NCBI GenBank assembly: GCA_017615755.1
Contig: JAFZZM010000056.1
Coordinates: 17,052 to 81,051, forward strand
Length of the DNA stretch: 64,000 nucleotides
Direction: 5' to 3'
Origin: Clostridiales bacterium
GTDB taxonomy: Bacteria > Bacillota > Clostridia > Saccharofermentanales > Saccharofermentanaceae
In this document: one piece after another, positions 1 through 10,118 of the stretch
Layout: each line of letters begins with the position of its first letter
Numbering within the stretch: position 1 is the first letter of the stretch
The notes under the pieces: model-generated
Database searches by the model: none
The model's input: the letters and a program-made list of their open reading frames with translations, nothing else
Told to the model about the DNA's origin: nothing
Translations under genes and position numbers: made by a program

Positions 1-195
1 GTCATGTATCTGCTTACTGTCCTTGTTCCATGGGCTCCTTCCAGAAAGATCGTACAGCTTATCTGGCTGGGCGCACGCTGTGTTCTCGGATTCGCGATCT
101 ACTTTATCGTTGCATTCCTTCTTAAAATGGACGAATTGAAGATCGCATACCAGAGATACGTTGCCCGTTTCTTCAGAAAAAAGAAGAGTGCGTAA
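1..195 (+). CDS. 3' end of a CDS that enters from upstream. It is the hydrophobic C-terminal part of a multi-pass membrane protein; a MurJ/SpoVB-type flippase is only a guess.
   Basis: Frame 1 is open to the window edge. Hydrophobic helices are followed by a basic RFFRKKKSA tail. No diagnostic motif. Confidence 0.35.
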   Translation, partial: VMYLLTVLVPWAPSRKIVQLIWLGARCVLGFAIYFIVAFLLKMDELKIAYQRYVARFFRKKKSA

Positions 196-300
196 GCAAT
201 CGGTCAGGCTTATTTACCGGATTTCCGCCTTACAGAACGATTGTCCGACAATATATTGATGATTGTCGAAATTTGTCGATAAAAAAGCAGGAAAAATCCC

Positions 301-329
301 TTGACGATGTGGTAATGTATTGTTAAGAT
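301..329 (+). promoter_or_regulatory. Sigma-A-type promoter of recA
   Basis: TTGACG (301-306), 17-nt spacer, TAAGAT (324-329), about 40 nt upstream of the recA ATG. Confidence 0.6.
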
Positions 330-338
330 TATTAGTGT

Positions 339-352
339 AGAACGAATGTTCG
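339..352. promoter_or_regulatory. LexA (Cheo) box in front of recA
   Basis: AGAACGAATGTTCG contains a perfect GAAC-N4-GTTC, immediately downstream of the -10 and upstream of the GGGAGG RBS. Confidence 0.8.
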
Positions 353-368
353 TAAAGGGAGGAAGCAT

Positions 369-1478
369 ATGGCTAAGAAAGATTCAAACAAATCTATCCA
401 GGATGTATCGAAGAAGACAGACAGCGAGCGTACCAAGGCTTTGGATGCGGCTCTGATGCAGATAGAAAAACAGTTCGGTAAGGGCGCGGTCATGCGTCTC
501 GGTGAACAGGCCAGCATGGTTGTTGATGCTGTTCCTACAGGTGCTTTGACTCTTGATCTTGCGCTTGGTGTAGGCGGACTCCCGAAGGGAAGAATTATTG
601 AGATCTATGGACCTGAATCTTCCGGTAAGACAACTGTTGCGCTTCATGTTGTAGCAGAATCCCAGAAGCAGGGCGGTACGGCTGCATTTATTGATGCCGA
701 GCATGCTCTTGATCCTGTATATGCCGGAAAGATCGGTGTTAACATTGATGAGTTGATCGTATCCCAGCCGGATACCGGTGAACAGGCTCTGGAAATCACA
801 GAGGCTCTTGTCCGCAGTGGTGCTGTTGATGTAATCGTTATCGACTCCGTTGCGGCTTTGGTTCCGAAGGCGGAAATTGACGGTGAGATGGGTGATTCCC
901 ATGTTGGTCTTCAGGCTCGTCTGATGTCTCAGGCGCTCCGTAAGCTTGCAGGTATCATCAGTAAGTCAAGCACAGTTTGCATCTTCATTAACCAGCTCCG
1001 TGAGAAGGTTGGTATCATGTTCGGTAATCCGGAGACAACTCCTGGTGGACGTGCTTTGAAGTTCTATTCCTCTGTCAGACTGGATGTGCGTCGAGTCGAG
1101 TCACTGCGTAATGGCGGTGAAGTGATCGGTAACCATACGCGTGTTAAGGTTGTTAAGAATAAGGTTGCCCCGCCGTTCCGCGAAGCAGAATTCGATATTA
1201 TGTACGGTGAAGGTATCTCCAAGGAAGGTTGCATCATCGATCTTGCCGTTGATAAGGATATTATCGAGAAGAGCGGTTCCTGGTTTGCTTATCAGGGACA
1301 GAAGATCGGACAGGGTAAGGATAATGCAAAGACTTACCTTAAGGAGCATCCGGAAATAAGAGATGAGATCGAGGCTAAACTCCGTGCTTCTCTCGGTGGT
1401 GCTGCAGCTGAAGAAGCGCCGGCTGAAGTAGAAGATGCTTCCGATATTGATGATGATGTTCTCGGAATCGATATCTGA
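369..1478 (+). CDS. recA: Recombinase RecA
   Basis: Walker [10 protein letters not shown], the conserved stretch [14 protein letters not shown], an acidic C-terminal tail, and an RBS upstream. Confidence 0.98.
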   Translation: MAKKDSNKSIQDVSKKTDSERTKALDAALMQIEKQFGKGAVMRLGEQASMVVDAVPTGALTLDLALGVGGLPKGRIIEIYGPESSGKTTVALHVVAESQKQGGTAAFIDAEHALDPVYAGKIGVNIDELIVSQPDTGEQALEITEALVRSGAVDVIVIDSVAALVPKAEIDGEMGDSHVGLQARLMSQALRKLAGIISKSSTVCIFINQLREKVGIMFGNPETTPGGRALKFYSSVRLDVRRVESLRNGGEVIGNHTRVKVVKNKVAPPFREAEFDIMYGEGISKEGCIIDLAVDKDIIEKSGSWFAYQGQKIGQGKDNAKTYLKEHPEIRDEIEAKLRASLGGAAAEEAPAEVEDASDIDDDVLGIDI

Positions 1479-1480
1479 TC

Positions 1481-1966
1481 ATGAGCGATGCATTGACATA
1501 TAGTGAAGCCAGAAATAAGGCTATCGCTCATATAGGAATATCTGTTTCTTCTTCAGGCAAAGCAAGAGATTATCTTTCTGCGCTCGGTTATGATCGGGAT
1601 GTAGTGGATGATGTTGTTGAGCAGCTTAAGGAAGACGGATATGTGGATGATAGAAGAGTTGCCAGGAAAATCATAAGACAGCGGACCGGTCCTAAATCGG
1701 AAGGCCGGCTAAAGCTTTCTGCACGAATGGAAGATGCAGGTGTTTCCGGCAGTATTATCCAACAGGTTCTTGATGAGGAAGACGTAAATGATGAGGAAAC
1801 GATCATGGAGGTGATCCGCGATCGTTTCCCTGTCGATTCCTTTTCTGAAAATCGTCCTGATACGCAGAAAGAATTGGCGAAAGCCGTTCGATACCTCGAG
1901 AGTCGTGGTTATTCCACGTCCTTAGCGCTTGCATCTTTCAGAAAACTCATTCATGATGTAGAATAA
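1481..1966 (+). CDS. recX: RecX family regulator of RecA
   Basis: 161-aa helical-repeat protein starting 2 nt after recA. Residue pattern is typical of RecX (DDRRVA..., ...LESRGYS). Confidence 0.8.
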   Translation: MSDALTYSEARNKAIAHIGISVSSSGKARDYLSALGYDRDVVDDVVEQLKEDGYVDDRRVARKIIRQRTGPKSEGRLKLSARMEDAGVSGSIIQQVLDEEDVNDEETIMEVIRDRFPVDSFSENRPDTQKELAKAVRYLESRGYSTSLALASFRKLIHDVE

Positions 1967-1995
1967 CATTTAATATTTTATGAATTGGTGAGTAT

Positions 1996-3357
1996 ATGAG
2001 TAAAGATCGCTACATTTCGATGATATCTTTAGGCTGTTCGAAGAATCTTGTCGATACCGAGTGCATGACAACGATCCTGATGAAGGATGGTTATAAGATG
2101 ACGGATGACATAACAAAAGCGGATTGTGTCATCGTCAATACCTGTGGGTTTATCGAGAGTGCCAAGAAAGAAGCGATCGATACGATCTTGGAAGTTGCTT
2201 CATATAAGAAACCACATGGAAAGCTTTCATATATTGTTGCTGCGGGATGTCTTTCCCAGCGTTATCCTGAGGAGATCAAGAAGAGCCTTCCGGAAGTGGA
2301 TGCTGTTATCGGTACTGCGCATTATCAGGATATCAGTAAAGTTGTAGGTTCTCTGTTTGATAAAGATAAGTCTGACTGGATGTCCTATATGGGAAAACCG
2401 GGAAGTCTTGAGCACATGCGGACGGAGAGAGTTATTACGACGAAGTCCTATGCCTGGCTGAAGATTGCGGAAGGTTGCTCCAACGGCTGCGCTTTCTGTG
2501 CGATTCCTGGCATTCGAGGAAAATATATATCCCGTCCTATGGAAGATATTCTTGAAGAAGCTGAATATATTGCTTCCATGGGTTATAAGGAGATCATCCT
2601 GGCTGCACAGGATACGACGAATTATGGTATAGATCTTTATAAGAAGAAGTGTCTGGCAGAACTTCTTTCAAAACTTGGAAAGATCGATGGAATCGAGTCG
2701 ATACGCATCATGTATGCATATATTAATGGTATTACGGATGAATTGGTCCGTGAGATCGCTACTAATCCGAAGGTATTGCACTATCTGGATATTCCTGTTC
2801 AGCATGGCGATGACGAGATCCTGAAGAAGATGAGAAGAAGAGATACCGTTTCTTCTATTACCAAGACTCTGGATAAACTGAGAAAAGAAATCCCGGATAT
2901 TGTTATCCGTTCAACTGTGATGGTAGGTTTTCCGGGTGAGAAGAAGGCACAGTTCGACAATCTCCTGAAGAACCTTCAGGTATGGAAGTTCCAGTGTCTG
3001 GGTTGTTTCATATATTCGCCGGAAGAAAATACTCTTGGTTATAACATGCATCCGAGAGTACGAAAGGATGTTTCCGAGCGCCGTTACGCACAAGTTATGG
3101 AGCTTCAGCAGGAGATTTCTTTACGCTATAACGAGCAGCGAATTGGTAAAATCTATAAAGTCACTATTGATTCTATCTCTGATGATGGTATATTCTACAT
3201 GGGGCGTAGTTATATGGAAGCGCCGGAAATCGATCCGGTCATCTATGTCGTATCTACGAACCGTCCGCTTCAGATCGGTGAAGTGGTAACGGTCAAGATC
3301 GTGGAGTGTACGCCTTATGAACTGACAGGAGTAACAGAAGATGAATTTGCCGAATAA
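1996..3357 (+). CDS. rimO: Ribosomal protein S12 methylthiotransferase RimO (radical SAM, MiaB family)
   Basis: N-terminal LGCSKNxVD...NTCGF, radical-SAM CSNGCAFC, C-terminal TRAM-like domain. Confidence 0.9.
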   Translation: MSKDRYISMISLGCSKNLVDTECMTTILMKDGYKMTDDITKADCVIVNTCGFIESAKKEAIDTILEVASYKKPHGKLSYIVAAGCLSQRYPEEIKKSLPEVDAVIGTAHYQDISKVVGSLFDKDKSDWMSYMGKPGSLEHMRTERVITTKSYAWLKIAEGCSNGCAFCAIPGIRGKYISRPMEDILEEAEYIASMGYKEIILAAQDTTNYGIDLYKKKCLAELLSKLGKIDGIESIRIMYAYINGITDELVREIATNPKVLHYLDIPVQHGDDEILKKMRRRDTVSSITKTLDKLRKEIPDIVIRSTVMVGFPGEKKAQFDNLLKNLQVWKFQCLGCFIYSPEENTLGYNMHPRVRKDVSERRYAQVMELQQEISLRYNEQRIGKIYKVTIDSISDDGIFYMGRSYMEAPEIDPVIYVVSTNRPLQIGEVVTVKIVECTPYELTGVTEDEFAE

Positions 3358-3970
3358 ACTATCTCTTACACGGATACTTTTAGTTCCGCTGATTCTGCTG
3401 TTTATGCTCCCGATCCATATCGGATCTTTTCAGCCTGCTGCATGGAATGAGTTTATCGTTGAATATGGCATGATAGTAGCAGCTTGTCTCTTTGTTGTCG
3501 CCTCTCTTACGGATCTGGCAGACGGAAAGATCGCCAGAAAATATAATCTGATCACCAACCTTGGTAAGTTCCTGGATTCGTTGGCGGATAAGATGCTTGT
3601 CATTTCCATCCTGATTGCCCTGGTTGATATCGGTCGTATTTCCTCTGTATTTGTATGTATCGTTGTATTAAGAGAATTCGCCGTAACCGGCATTCGTATG
3701 CTGGCCAGTGCGAAGGGTGTCGTAATGGCAGCGAAGATGATCGGAAAGATCAAGACTGTCACACAGATGATCGCCATCACATATATTATGTTTGAGCCAT
3801 TACTGATCAAGATCCTGCATGCTATGTTTTCGGATTGGTCTTATTCAGGAATCGTGGACGGAGTGCAGCTTGTCGGCAACGTATTTTTCTTCGCCTGCAT
3901 CGTCATGACTGTCATTTCCGGAATGGACTATTTGTTAAAGAACCTCAAGTATTTCAAAGAAAACGACTGA
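3341..3970 (+). CDS. pgsA: CDP-diacylglycerol--glycerol-3-phosphate 3-phosphatidyltransferase
   Basis: CDP-alcohol phosphatidyltransferase motif DLADGKIARKYNLITNLGKFLDSLADK. Multi-pass membrane protein. Overlaps rimO by 17 nt. Confidence 0.92.
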   Translation: MNLPNKLSLTRILLVPLILLFMLPIHIGSFQPAAWNEFIVEYGMIVAACLFVVASLTDLADGKIARKYNLITNLGKFLDSLADKMLVISILIALVDIGRISSVFVCIVVLREFAVTGIRMLASAKGVVMAAKMIGKIKTVTQMIAITYIMFEPLLIKILHAMFSDWSYSGIVDGVQLVGNVFFFACIVMTVISGMDYLLKNLKYFKEND

Positions 3971-4102
3971 TTCTTTTACAATTTGTTTGATTTTCAAAAT
4001 ATTTTCTCGAAATATTTGATTATGTGTATTGACATTTTCTCCATCTTCAATTAAAAACATATATGAGATTGCTAGAGAGCAATTCATACAGGAGGTATAA
4101 AT

Positions 4103-4342
4103 ATGTCATCTGATTCGATTTTTGAAAGTGTAAAATCTATTCTTGTTGATCAATTGAATGTTTCTGAAGATAGTGTTCAAATGGATTCTTTGTTCGTAGA
4201 TGATCTGAATGCAGATTCTCTCGATATGGTTGAGCTGGTAATGGCTATGGAGCAGGAGTTCAACATTTCCATTCCTGATGAGGAAGCAGAGCGTATCAAG
4301 ACTGTTGGTGACGCTGTTGAGTTCATCAAGGGCAAGATGTAA
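4103..4342 (+). CDS. acpP: Acyl carrier protein
   Basis: 79 aa, phosphopantetheine site [13 protein letters not shown], strong AGGAGG RBS. Confidence 0.95.
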   Translation: MSSDSIFESVKSILVDQLNVSEDSVQMDSLFVDDLNADSLDMVELVMAMEQEFNISIPDEEAERIKTVGDAVEFIKGKM

Positions 4343-4367
4343 TCATTAGATAACTAAGCGTGCTGGG

Positions 4368-4407
4368 ATGCTTCAAATGAGAAATCATTTGAAGCATTTC
4401 TTTTTTG
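4368..4407 (+). terminator. Rho-independent terminator after acpP
   Basis: 13-bp stem ATGCTTCAAATGA/TCATTTGAAGCAT with a GAAA loop, followed by a T-run. Confidence 0.8.
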
Positions 4408-4446
4408 TCTGTATACTAAGAGCAAATGACCGTACAAGGAGGGAGT

Positions 4447-5154
4447 ATGGAACGGGAGTATTTGCCGCAACATGCGGTTTTAGAAGAGAAACTTCAGTAC
4501 TCATTTTCCAACAAACAGTATCTGTTACTTGCTTTTACGCATTCGACATATTCGTATGAGCATCGGAAAATGGGGATCGTTTCCAATCAAAGATTGGAGT
4601 TTTTAGGGGATGCCATCCTTGATTTCATTATCGGAGAGGAGATCTATAACAGAAAACCTCAGTGGGATGAAGGAAAGCTTTCAAAAACACGCGCTCTTGT
4701 TGTATGTGAGAAAACACTGGCAGAAGTGGCAAATCAGTTACAAGTCGGACAGCTCCTGCTCCTTGGAAAAGGTGAGGAGAGTACCGGCGGACGTGAAAAG
4801 CCATCGACTCTGGCCGATACAATGGAGTCTATGTTTGCCGCGATCTATCTTGATGGCGGTTTTGAGAATGCGAAGCGCGTGATACTTCTCCTCTTAAACA
4901 GTTATGTTGATCTGGCCGTCAAAGGCGAGCTTGTATTTGACTACAAGAGCCGGCTTCTGGAAAAAGCACAGACCAAGCATGCCAGTCATCAAGTGCTTTT
5001 CGAGGTGGTCAATGAAGAAGGACCGGTTCATGACCATATCTTCGAAGTGGCGGTCCTGATCGATGGCCAGGAAATCGTAAGAGCTAAAGGCAGAAGCAAG
5101 AAACAGGCCGAGCAGGATGCTTCCAAGCAGGCGCTCGAGATCTGGAAGCCGTAA
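4447..5154 (+). CDS. rnc: Ribonuclease III
   Basis: Signature QRLEFLGDAIL and a C-terminal dsRBD (KSKKQAEQDASKQAL). Start placed at ATG 4447, behind AAGGAGGG. Confidence 0.95.
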   Translation: MEREYLPQHAVLEEKLQYSFSNKQYLLLAFTHSTYSYEHRKMGIVSNQRLEFLGDAILDFIIGEEIYNRKPQWDEGKLSKTRALVVCEKTLAEVANQLQVGQLLLLGKGEESTGGREKPSTLADTMESMFAAIYLDGGFENAKRVILLLLNSYVDLAVKGELVFDYKSRLLEKAQTKHASHQVLFEVVNEEGPVHDHIFEVAVLIDGQEIVRAKGRSKKQAEQDASKQALEIWKP

Positions 5155-5222
5155 AGCAGGTAGTACTTGTCTTGCTCTCTTATGATATAATTTATACCTA
5201 ATGAAATTACGCAGGAGCATGA

Positions 5223-8200
5223 ATGCATCTTAAGAAACTGGAAATTCAAGGCTTTAAGTCCTTCCCGGAAGCGACTCTGATCGAGTTTGACAAGGGAATG
5301 ACGGCTATCGTTGGACCTAACGGAAGCGGTAAGAGTAATGTTACCGACGCGATCCGCTGGGTTCTTGGTGAGCAAAGCGTGAAGACCTTGCGTGGTGCCA
5401 AGATGGAGGATGTTATCTTCAATGGTACCCAGTCCCGTCGTGCCATGAATTTCGCTGAGGTTTCCATGACTCTGGATAATTCCGATGGTCTCCTGCCTGT
5501 TGAGTATTATGAAGTTCAGGTCACCAGAAGATTGTATCGTTCAGGTGAAAGTGAATATCAGATCAACCACGTGAACTGCCGCATGAAGGATATCCAGCAG
5601 CTGTTCATGGATACCGGTCTCGGTAAGGATGGTTATTCGATCATCGGTCAGGGCCGAGTGGACGATATCCTTTCTACGAAATCCGAGGACAGACGTAAGG
5701 TCCTCGAAGAGGCTTCCGGTATCGTGAAGTTTAAGACGAGGAAAGACGAAGCGGAGAGAAAACTGAATTCTGCCGAACAGAATCTCGTTCGTATAAACGA
5801 TATCCTTGAGGAATTGTCTAATCAGATAGGGCCTTTGGCTGAACAGGCGGAAAAAGCAAAGAAATACCACCAGCTCTATGAAGAATGGAAAAAAGACGAT
5901 ATTGCAGTGCTTTTGCATCTTATCGATCGAAACAAGGTGTTTCTCGATGCCAGCAGCGATGAGCGTGAGAATTTGAAAAAAGCTGTTGAAGAGCAGCAGG
6001 ACCTTGTAATGAAGATCCGTTCGGAAAACCGCGCTTTGACCGAGCGTTCTGCTTTCCTTGAGGAAGAACTCGAGAATAAGAGACAGGAAAGATCGGATCT
6101 TACCGAGAAGATCCATGAGATCAATAACCAGATGGTGATCTTTAAGGAGCGTTATGAACACCTTCAGGCACGCATCAAGGCGGTAGAAGGCTCAGATGAG
6201 GAGCATAACGGAGAGATCGAGCGTCTCGATAAGGAGATCAGTGAGAACAAAAGTAAGATGGCGCACATGGAGCAGGAGAAGACAAATCTTGCGAATGAGC
6301 TGTCTGCAGTGGAAACTTCGCATAAGGCGTTGCTGGATCAGATGTCCGGAAACCAGGCCAAGCAGTCTGAGTTAAGAAAGAAGATCGATACACTGACGGA
6401 AGAACTTTTTGAGGCACAGGAAACGGTTTCCAGTCTTTCCGGTGACATGATGGTCAAAGAAGCGCGTATCAAGTCTTTGTCTGAAGACCGTATGCTCATG
6501 ATCTCGGAAAGAGACCTTGCCTTAAAGAAGCGTAATGAAGCGGATGAAGAACTGAAAAAAGCACTGACAGATGCGGCAGAACTTGCCTCTTCGTTGTCTG
6601 AGAAGCAGATCGAGGTGGCTGAGAAGCGAAAGGAATCAGATAAGTTTTCGTCTGACCTGGATGCCAAGCAGAGACTGCTTGCAAACTGTGCTTTCAGCAT
6701 AAAGACTATGGAAAACCTGGAAAAGAGCCGTGAAGGGTATCAGGAGTCGGTACGCCGTCTGCTGTCGAGCACAGACCAGATACCGAGCCTTTCAAAGCTG
6801 GTCATTGGTGTGCTTGGTGAGCTGATCAAGGTTGAAAAAGAATATGAGACGTCCATTGAGATTGCTCTGGGTCAGTCCGTACATAATGTTGTTACTCAGA
6901 ATGACAGGGATGCTTCCTTGCTTATCGATCATTTGAAAGAAAAGAAGCTCGGACGAGTTACTTTCCTGCCGATCGATTCCATTCGTCCTCGAAATCTTGA
7001 AGATAACTATCTGCGCGAGGCAAGAAATTCCTATGGATATATCGGTCTTGCTTCCGATCTGGTTGAGACACGTCCGGAACTTCGTGATATTATCGAGAAT
7101 CTTCTCGGTCGTATCGTTATTGTCGATACCCTCGATAATGGTATTGCCATGGCTAAGCGTGCCAAGTATGCGTACCGTGTCGTTTCCCTGGCAGGAGACG
7201 TGGTCAACCCGGGTGGTTCTCTGACCGGTGGTAGCATCAATAAAAAGGGTGCGAATCTCCTGAGCCGTGCACGTGAACTGGATGAGTTCCGTAAGAGCTA
7301 TTCGGCTTTAGAGCGTGAGATAGCCAAGATGGAAGCCCAGAAACAGGATTTCGATCTGCAGATCAAGGAACTTGCGCGTGAACAGATGCACCTTGAGGAG
7401 AAGCTGCAAAGCTCGACACATAACCGCATCCGCGTGGAAAGTGCTTTTGAGGCGGCAGAAGAAGACTATAAGAAAACTGTCGAGCGTATCACTTCTGTGG
7501 AAAAAGAACTCGAAACAATCTCCGCATCCAAGCTTTCTTCTTCCTCTGATCTGGAAGAAGCCAAACAGGTTATTACGGAAAGAGAAGAAGAGATCGCCGA
7601 ATTGAAGGAAAAAGTCAGTTCTTCGGCAGAAAAGTTTGAGAGTGAACAGCAGGAGCTTGAGAAGATGCGCGCATCGATCAGTGACCTTCGTGTTCGTATT
7701 GAGACCGTAAACGGCTCCGTGAATGCGCTTTCTGAGATGCTTCGTATGTTTGAGAACGAGAAGCAGAAGAATAAGGATGATATGGAGCGTGCGAAGCAGG
7801 AAGCAAAGCAGGCGAAAAAAGATGCGGCCGATATCAAGAAGCAGTTCGAGGAGCAGGTAAGCTTTAAGGAAGGCCTGAAGGAAGAAGAAGAGAAATTCGA
7901 TCAGGCGATCCAGAAGATCGTGCAGGAGAAGACCGAACTCGATGGAAAACTCGCAGGATTTATCGAGAATGTGACCGAAGCTACTTCGAAACTGTCACAG
8001 CTTCAGACAGATCAGGCGAAACTTGATAGTAAACTTGAGCGTTACGAGATCGAGGTCGATGAGTGTAAGAACCGTCTGTGGGAGAATCACGAACTGACGT
8101 ACGATAATGCTTCGGAGTTCCGTGTCGAGATCGAGAGTCTGACGGCGTTACAGAAGAAGTGTAATGATCTGAAAGGACAGATCAAGGCGATCGGACCGGT

Positions 8201-8789
8201 CAATATCGAGGCGATCGAAGAATACCAGAAAGTCGGTGAGCGTTATGAGTTCATGTGCGCTCAGCGTGATGATATCGAAAAAGCGAAGGCAGATCTCAAT
8301 AAGGTCATCGAGGATCTGATCAATGAGATGAAGCAGCAGTTCATGACGCATTTTGAGCAGATCAATGAGAACTTCAAGACAGTATTTGCCGATCTCTTTA
8401 ATGGCGGTACGGCTGAGATCCTTCTGGAGAATCAGGAAGATGTGCTTAACTGTGGTATCGATATCAAAGCACAACCTCCGGGAAAAAAACTGCAGAGTTT
8501 GTCCCTGCTTTCCGGTGGTGAGCGGTGCCTCACGGCTATTGCGCTTTTGTTTGCGATCCTGCAGTTGCGCCCATCGCCGTTCTGCGTGCTCGATGAGGTC
8601 GAGGCAGCACTCGATGATGCAAACGTTAACCGTTTTACGGATTTTGTAAGAAGATATTGTGTGAAGTCCCAGTTTATCCTGGTGACCCACAGAAAAGGAA
8701 CGATGGAAGCTTGCGACAGAATGTATGGTGTAACCATGCAGGAGAGAGGTATCTCGAAGATCCTGTCCATGCGTTTGAGCGAAACCTAA
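5223..8789 (+). CDS. smc: Chromosome condensation/segregation ATPase SMC
   Basis: 1188 aa, Walker A GPNGSGKSN, long coiled coils, hinge, LSGGE signature and Walker B LDEVEAALD. Confidence 0.98.
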   Translation: MHLKKLEIQGFKSFPEATLIEFDKGMTAIVGPNGSGKSNVTDAIRWVLGEQSVKTLRGAKMEDVIFNGTQSRRAMNFAEVSMTLDNSDGLLPVEYYEVQVTRRLYRSGESEYQINHVNCRMKDIQQLFMDTGLGKDGYSIIGQGRVDDILSTKSEDRRKVLEEASGIVKFKTRKDEAERKLNSAEQNLVRINDILEELSNQIGPLAEQAEKAKKYHQLYEEWKKDDIAVLLHLIDRNKVFLDASSDERENLKKAVEEQQDLVMKIRSENRALTERSAFLEEELENKRQERSDLTEKIHEINNQMVIFKERYEHLQARIKAVEGSDEEHNGEIERLDKEISENKSKMAHMEQEKTNLANELSAVETSHKALLDQMSGNQAKQSELRKKIDTLTEELFEAQETVSSLSGDMMVKEARIKSLSEDRMLMISERDLALKKRNEADEELKKALTDAAELASSLSEKQIEVAEKRKESDKFSSDLDAKQRLLANCAFSIKTMENLEKSREGYQESVRRLLSSTDQIPSLSKLVIGVLGELIKVEKEYETSIEIALGQSVHNVVTQNDRDASLLIDHLKEKKLGRVTFLPIDSIRPRNLEDNYLREARNSYGYIGLASDLVETRPELRDIIENLLGRIVIVDTLDNGIAMAKRAKYAYRVVSLAGDVVNPGGSLTGGSINKKGANLLSRARELDEFRKSYSALEREIAKMEAQKQDFDLQIKELAREQMHLEEKLQSSTHNRIRVESAFEAAEEDYKKTVERITSVEKELETISASKLSSSSDLEEAKQVITEREEEIAELKEKVSSSAEKFESEQQELEKMRASISDLRVRIETVNGSVNALSEMLRMFENEKQKNKDDMERAKQEAKQAKKDAADIKKQFEEQVSFKEGLKEEEEKFDQAIQKIVQEKTELDGKLAGFIENVTEATSKLSQLQTDQAKLDSKLERYEIEVDECKNRLWENHELTYDNASEFRVEIESLTALQKKCNDLKGQIKAIGPVNIEAIEEYQKVGERYEFMCAQRDDIEKAKADLNKVIEDLINEMKQQFMTHFEQINENFKTVFADLFNGGTAEILLENQEDVLNCGIDIKAQPPGKKLQSLSLLSGGERCLTAIALLFAILQLRPSPFCVLDEVEAALDDANVNRFTDFVRRYCVKSQFILVTHRKGTMEACDRMYGVTMQERGISKILSMRLSET

Positions 8790-8808
8790 GGAGTAAAAGG
8801 AGAGAAAA

Positions 8809-9723
8809 ATGGGTATTTTCGATATTTTCAAAAAGGGCTTGACGAAGACCAGAAATTTCGTTGCAGAAGGAATCACGAAGATCTCCGCTTCGATGGGCCG
8901 TTTCGATGAAGATATGCTCGATGACCTGGAAGCGTTGCTTGTTCAGGCAGATTGCGGTGTTGGCGCCAGTCTTGCGATCATGGACGAGGTCCGTGATTCC
9001 ATCAAGAGGACCGGCGATGACAGTAAGGGTGCTGTCATGAAAGTGGTGTCTGATAAGATGCTCGAGATCCTTGGCGAGAAGAAGACGCTGCAGATCGAGG
9101 AGAATAACCTGAATATCATTCTCATGGTCGGTGTAAACGGAACCGGTAAAACTACAACGGCGGGGAAGCTCTGCCTGCGTTATAAGAACATGGGTAAGAA
9201 AGTCATGCTGGCAGCGGCAGATACTTTCCGTGCTGCAGCCATCGAACAGCTTGCGGCTTGGGGTGAGATGACGGATACGCATGTTATCTCACACGAAGAA
9301 GGATCAGATCCGGCAGCAGTGTGCTACGATGCTGTTCATTCAGCCATTGCCAAGCGCGCAGATGTGCTGATCATTGATACGGCAGGAAGATTGCATAACA
9401 AGCAGAATCTTATGGATGAGCTCAGTAAGATCTGCCGTGTTATCGATCGTGAAGCTCCGTCTGCCAATACTCAGGCCCTGCTGATCATTGATGCGACTAC
9501 AGGTCAGAATGCCGTTATTCAGGCCGAAGTATTCAGTAAAGCAGTAAAACTTTCAGGTATCGGCATTACAAAACTGGACGGAAGTGCCAAGGGCGGTGTG
9601 GCCATTGCAGTAGCACATTCTACAAAAGCACCGATCTTCCTGGCAGGACTGGGTGAGAGTGCAGAAGACCTCGTAGACTTCGATCCACAGATTTTCGTTG
9701 ACTCGCTTCTTCCAAATAGCTGA
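8809..9723 (+). CDS. ftsY: Signal recognition particle receptor FtsY
   Basis: SRP GTPase NG domain: GVNGTGKTTT, DTAGR, TKLDG. Confidence 0.96.
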   Translation: MGIFDIFKKGLTKTRNFVAEGITKISASMGRFDEDMLDDLEALLVQADCGVGASLAIMDEVRDSIKRTGDDSKGAVMKVVSDKMLEILGEKKTLQIEENNLNIILMVGVNGTGKTTTAGKLCLRYKNMGKKVMLAAADTFRAAAIEQLAAWGEMTDTHVISHEEGSDPAAVCYDAVHSAIAKRADVLIIDTAGRLHNKQNLMDELSKICRVIDREAPSANTQALLIIDATTGQNAVIQAEVFSKAVKLSGIGITKLDGSAKGGVAIAVAHSTKAPIFLAGLGESAEDLVDFDPQIFVDSLLPNS

Positions 9724-9793
9724 CAAGGAAAAGTACTTGACAGATCCTTTTGCGTTTGTTATTCTACCTTAGCGTGTGAAGGAGGATGCTTCT

Positions 9794-10114
9794 ATGGACA
9801 GCGTTCAAGTGTGCTTATTGCTTGATTTTTATGGGCAGTTGCTGACCGAGCGTACCAGAGAGATCCTTGAACTTCGTTTCCAGGAGGATATGTCTTTGGC
9901 GGAGATTGCTGAAGATTGCGGGATTTCCCGTCAGGCGGCGCACGATGCCATTCATCGTGGTGTGTCATCGCTTTCGGAATATGAAGAGAAGTTGAAGCTC
10001 GTTGAGAGATTCACCACACAGAAAAAGACCATTGCCAGTGCTTTTGAAGCGTTGGAGGAACATAACGAGGAGAAGGCGAAAGCTCTGCTCTCCACATTAG
10101 TTGAGGAATTATAA
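9794..10114 (+). CDS. ylxM: YlxM/UPF0122 helix-turn-helix protein upstream of ffh
   Basis: Sigma-70 region-4-like HTH (SLAEIAEDCGISRQAAHDAI) in the conserved position before ffh. Start at ATG 9794, behind GAAGGAGG. Confidence 0.85.
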   Translation: MDSVQVCLLLDFYGQLLTERTREILELRFQEDMSLAEIAEDCGISRQAAHDAIHRGVSSLSEYEEKLKLVERFTTQKKTIASAFEALEEHNEEKAKALLSTLVEEL

Positions 10115-10118
10115 GTAA

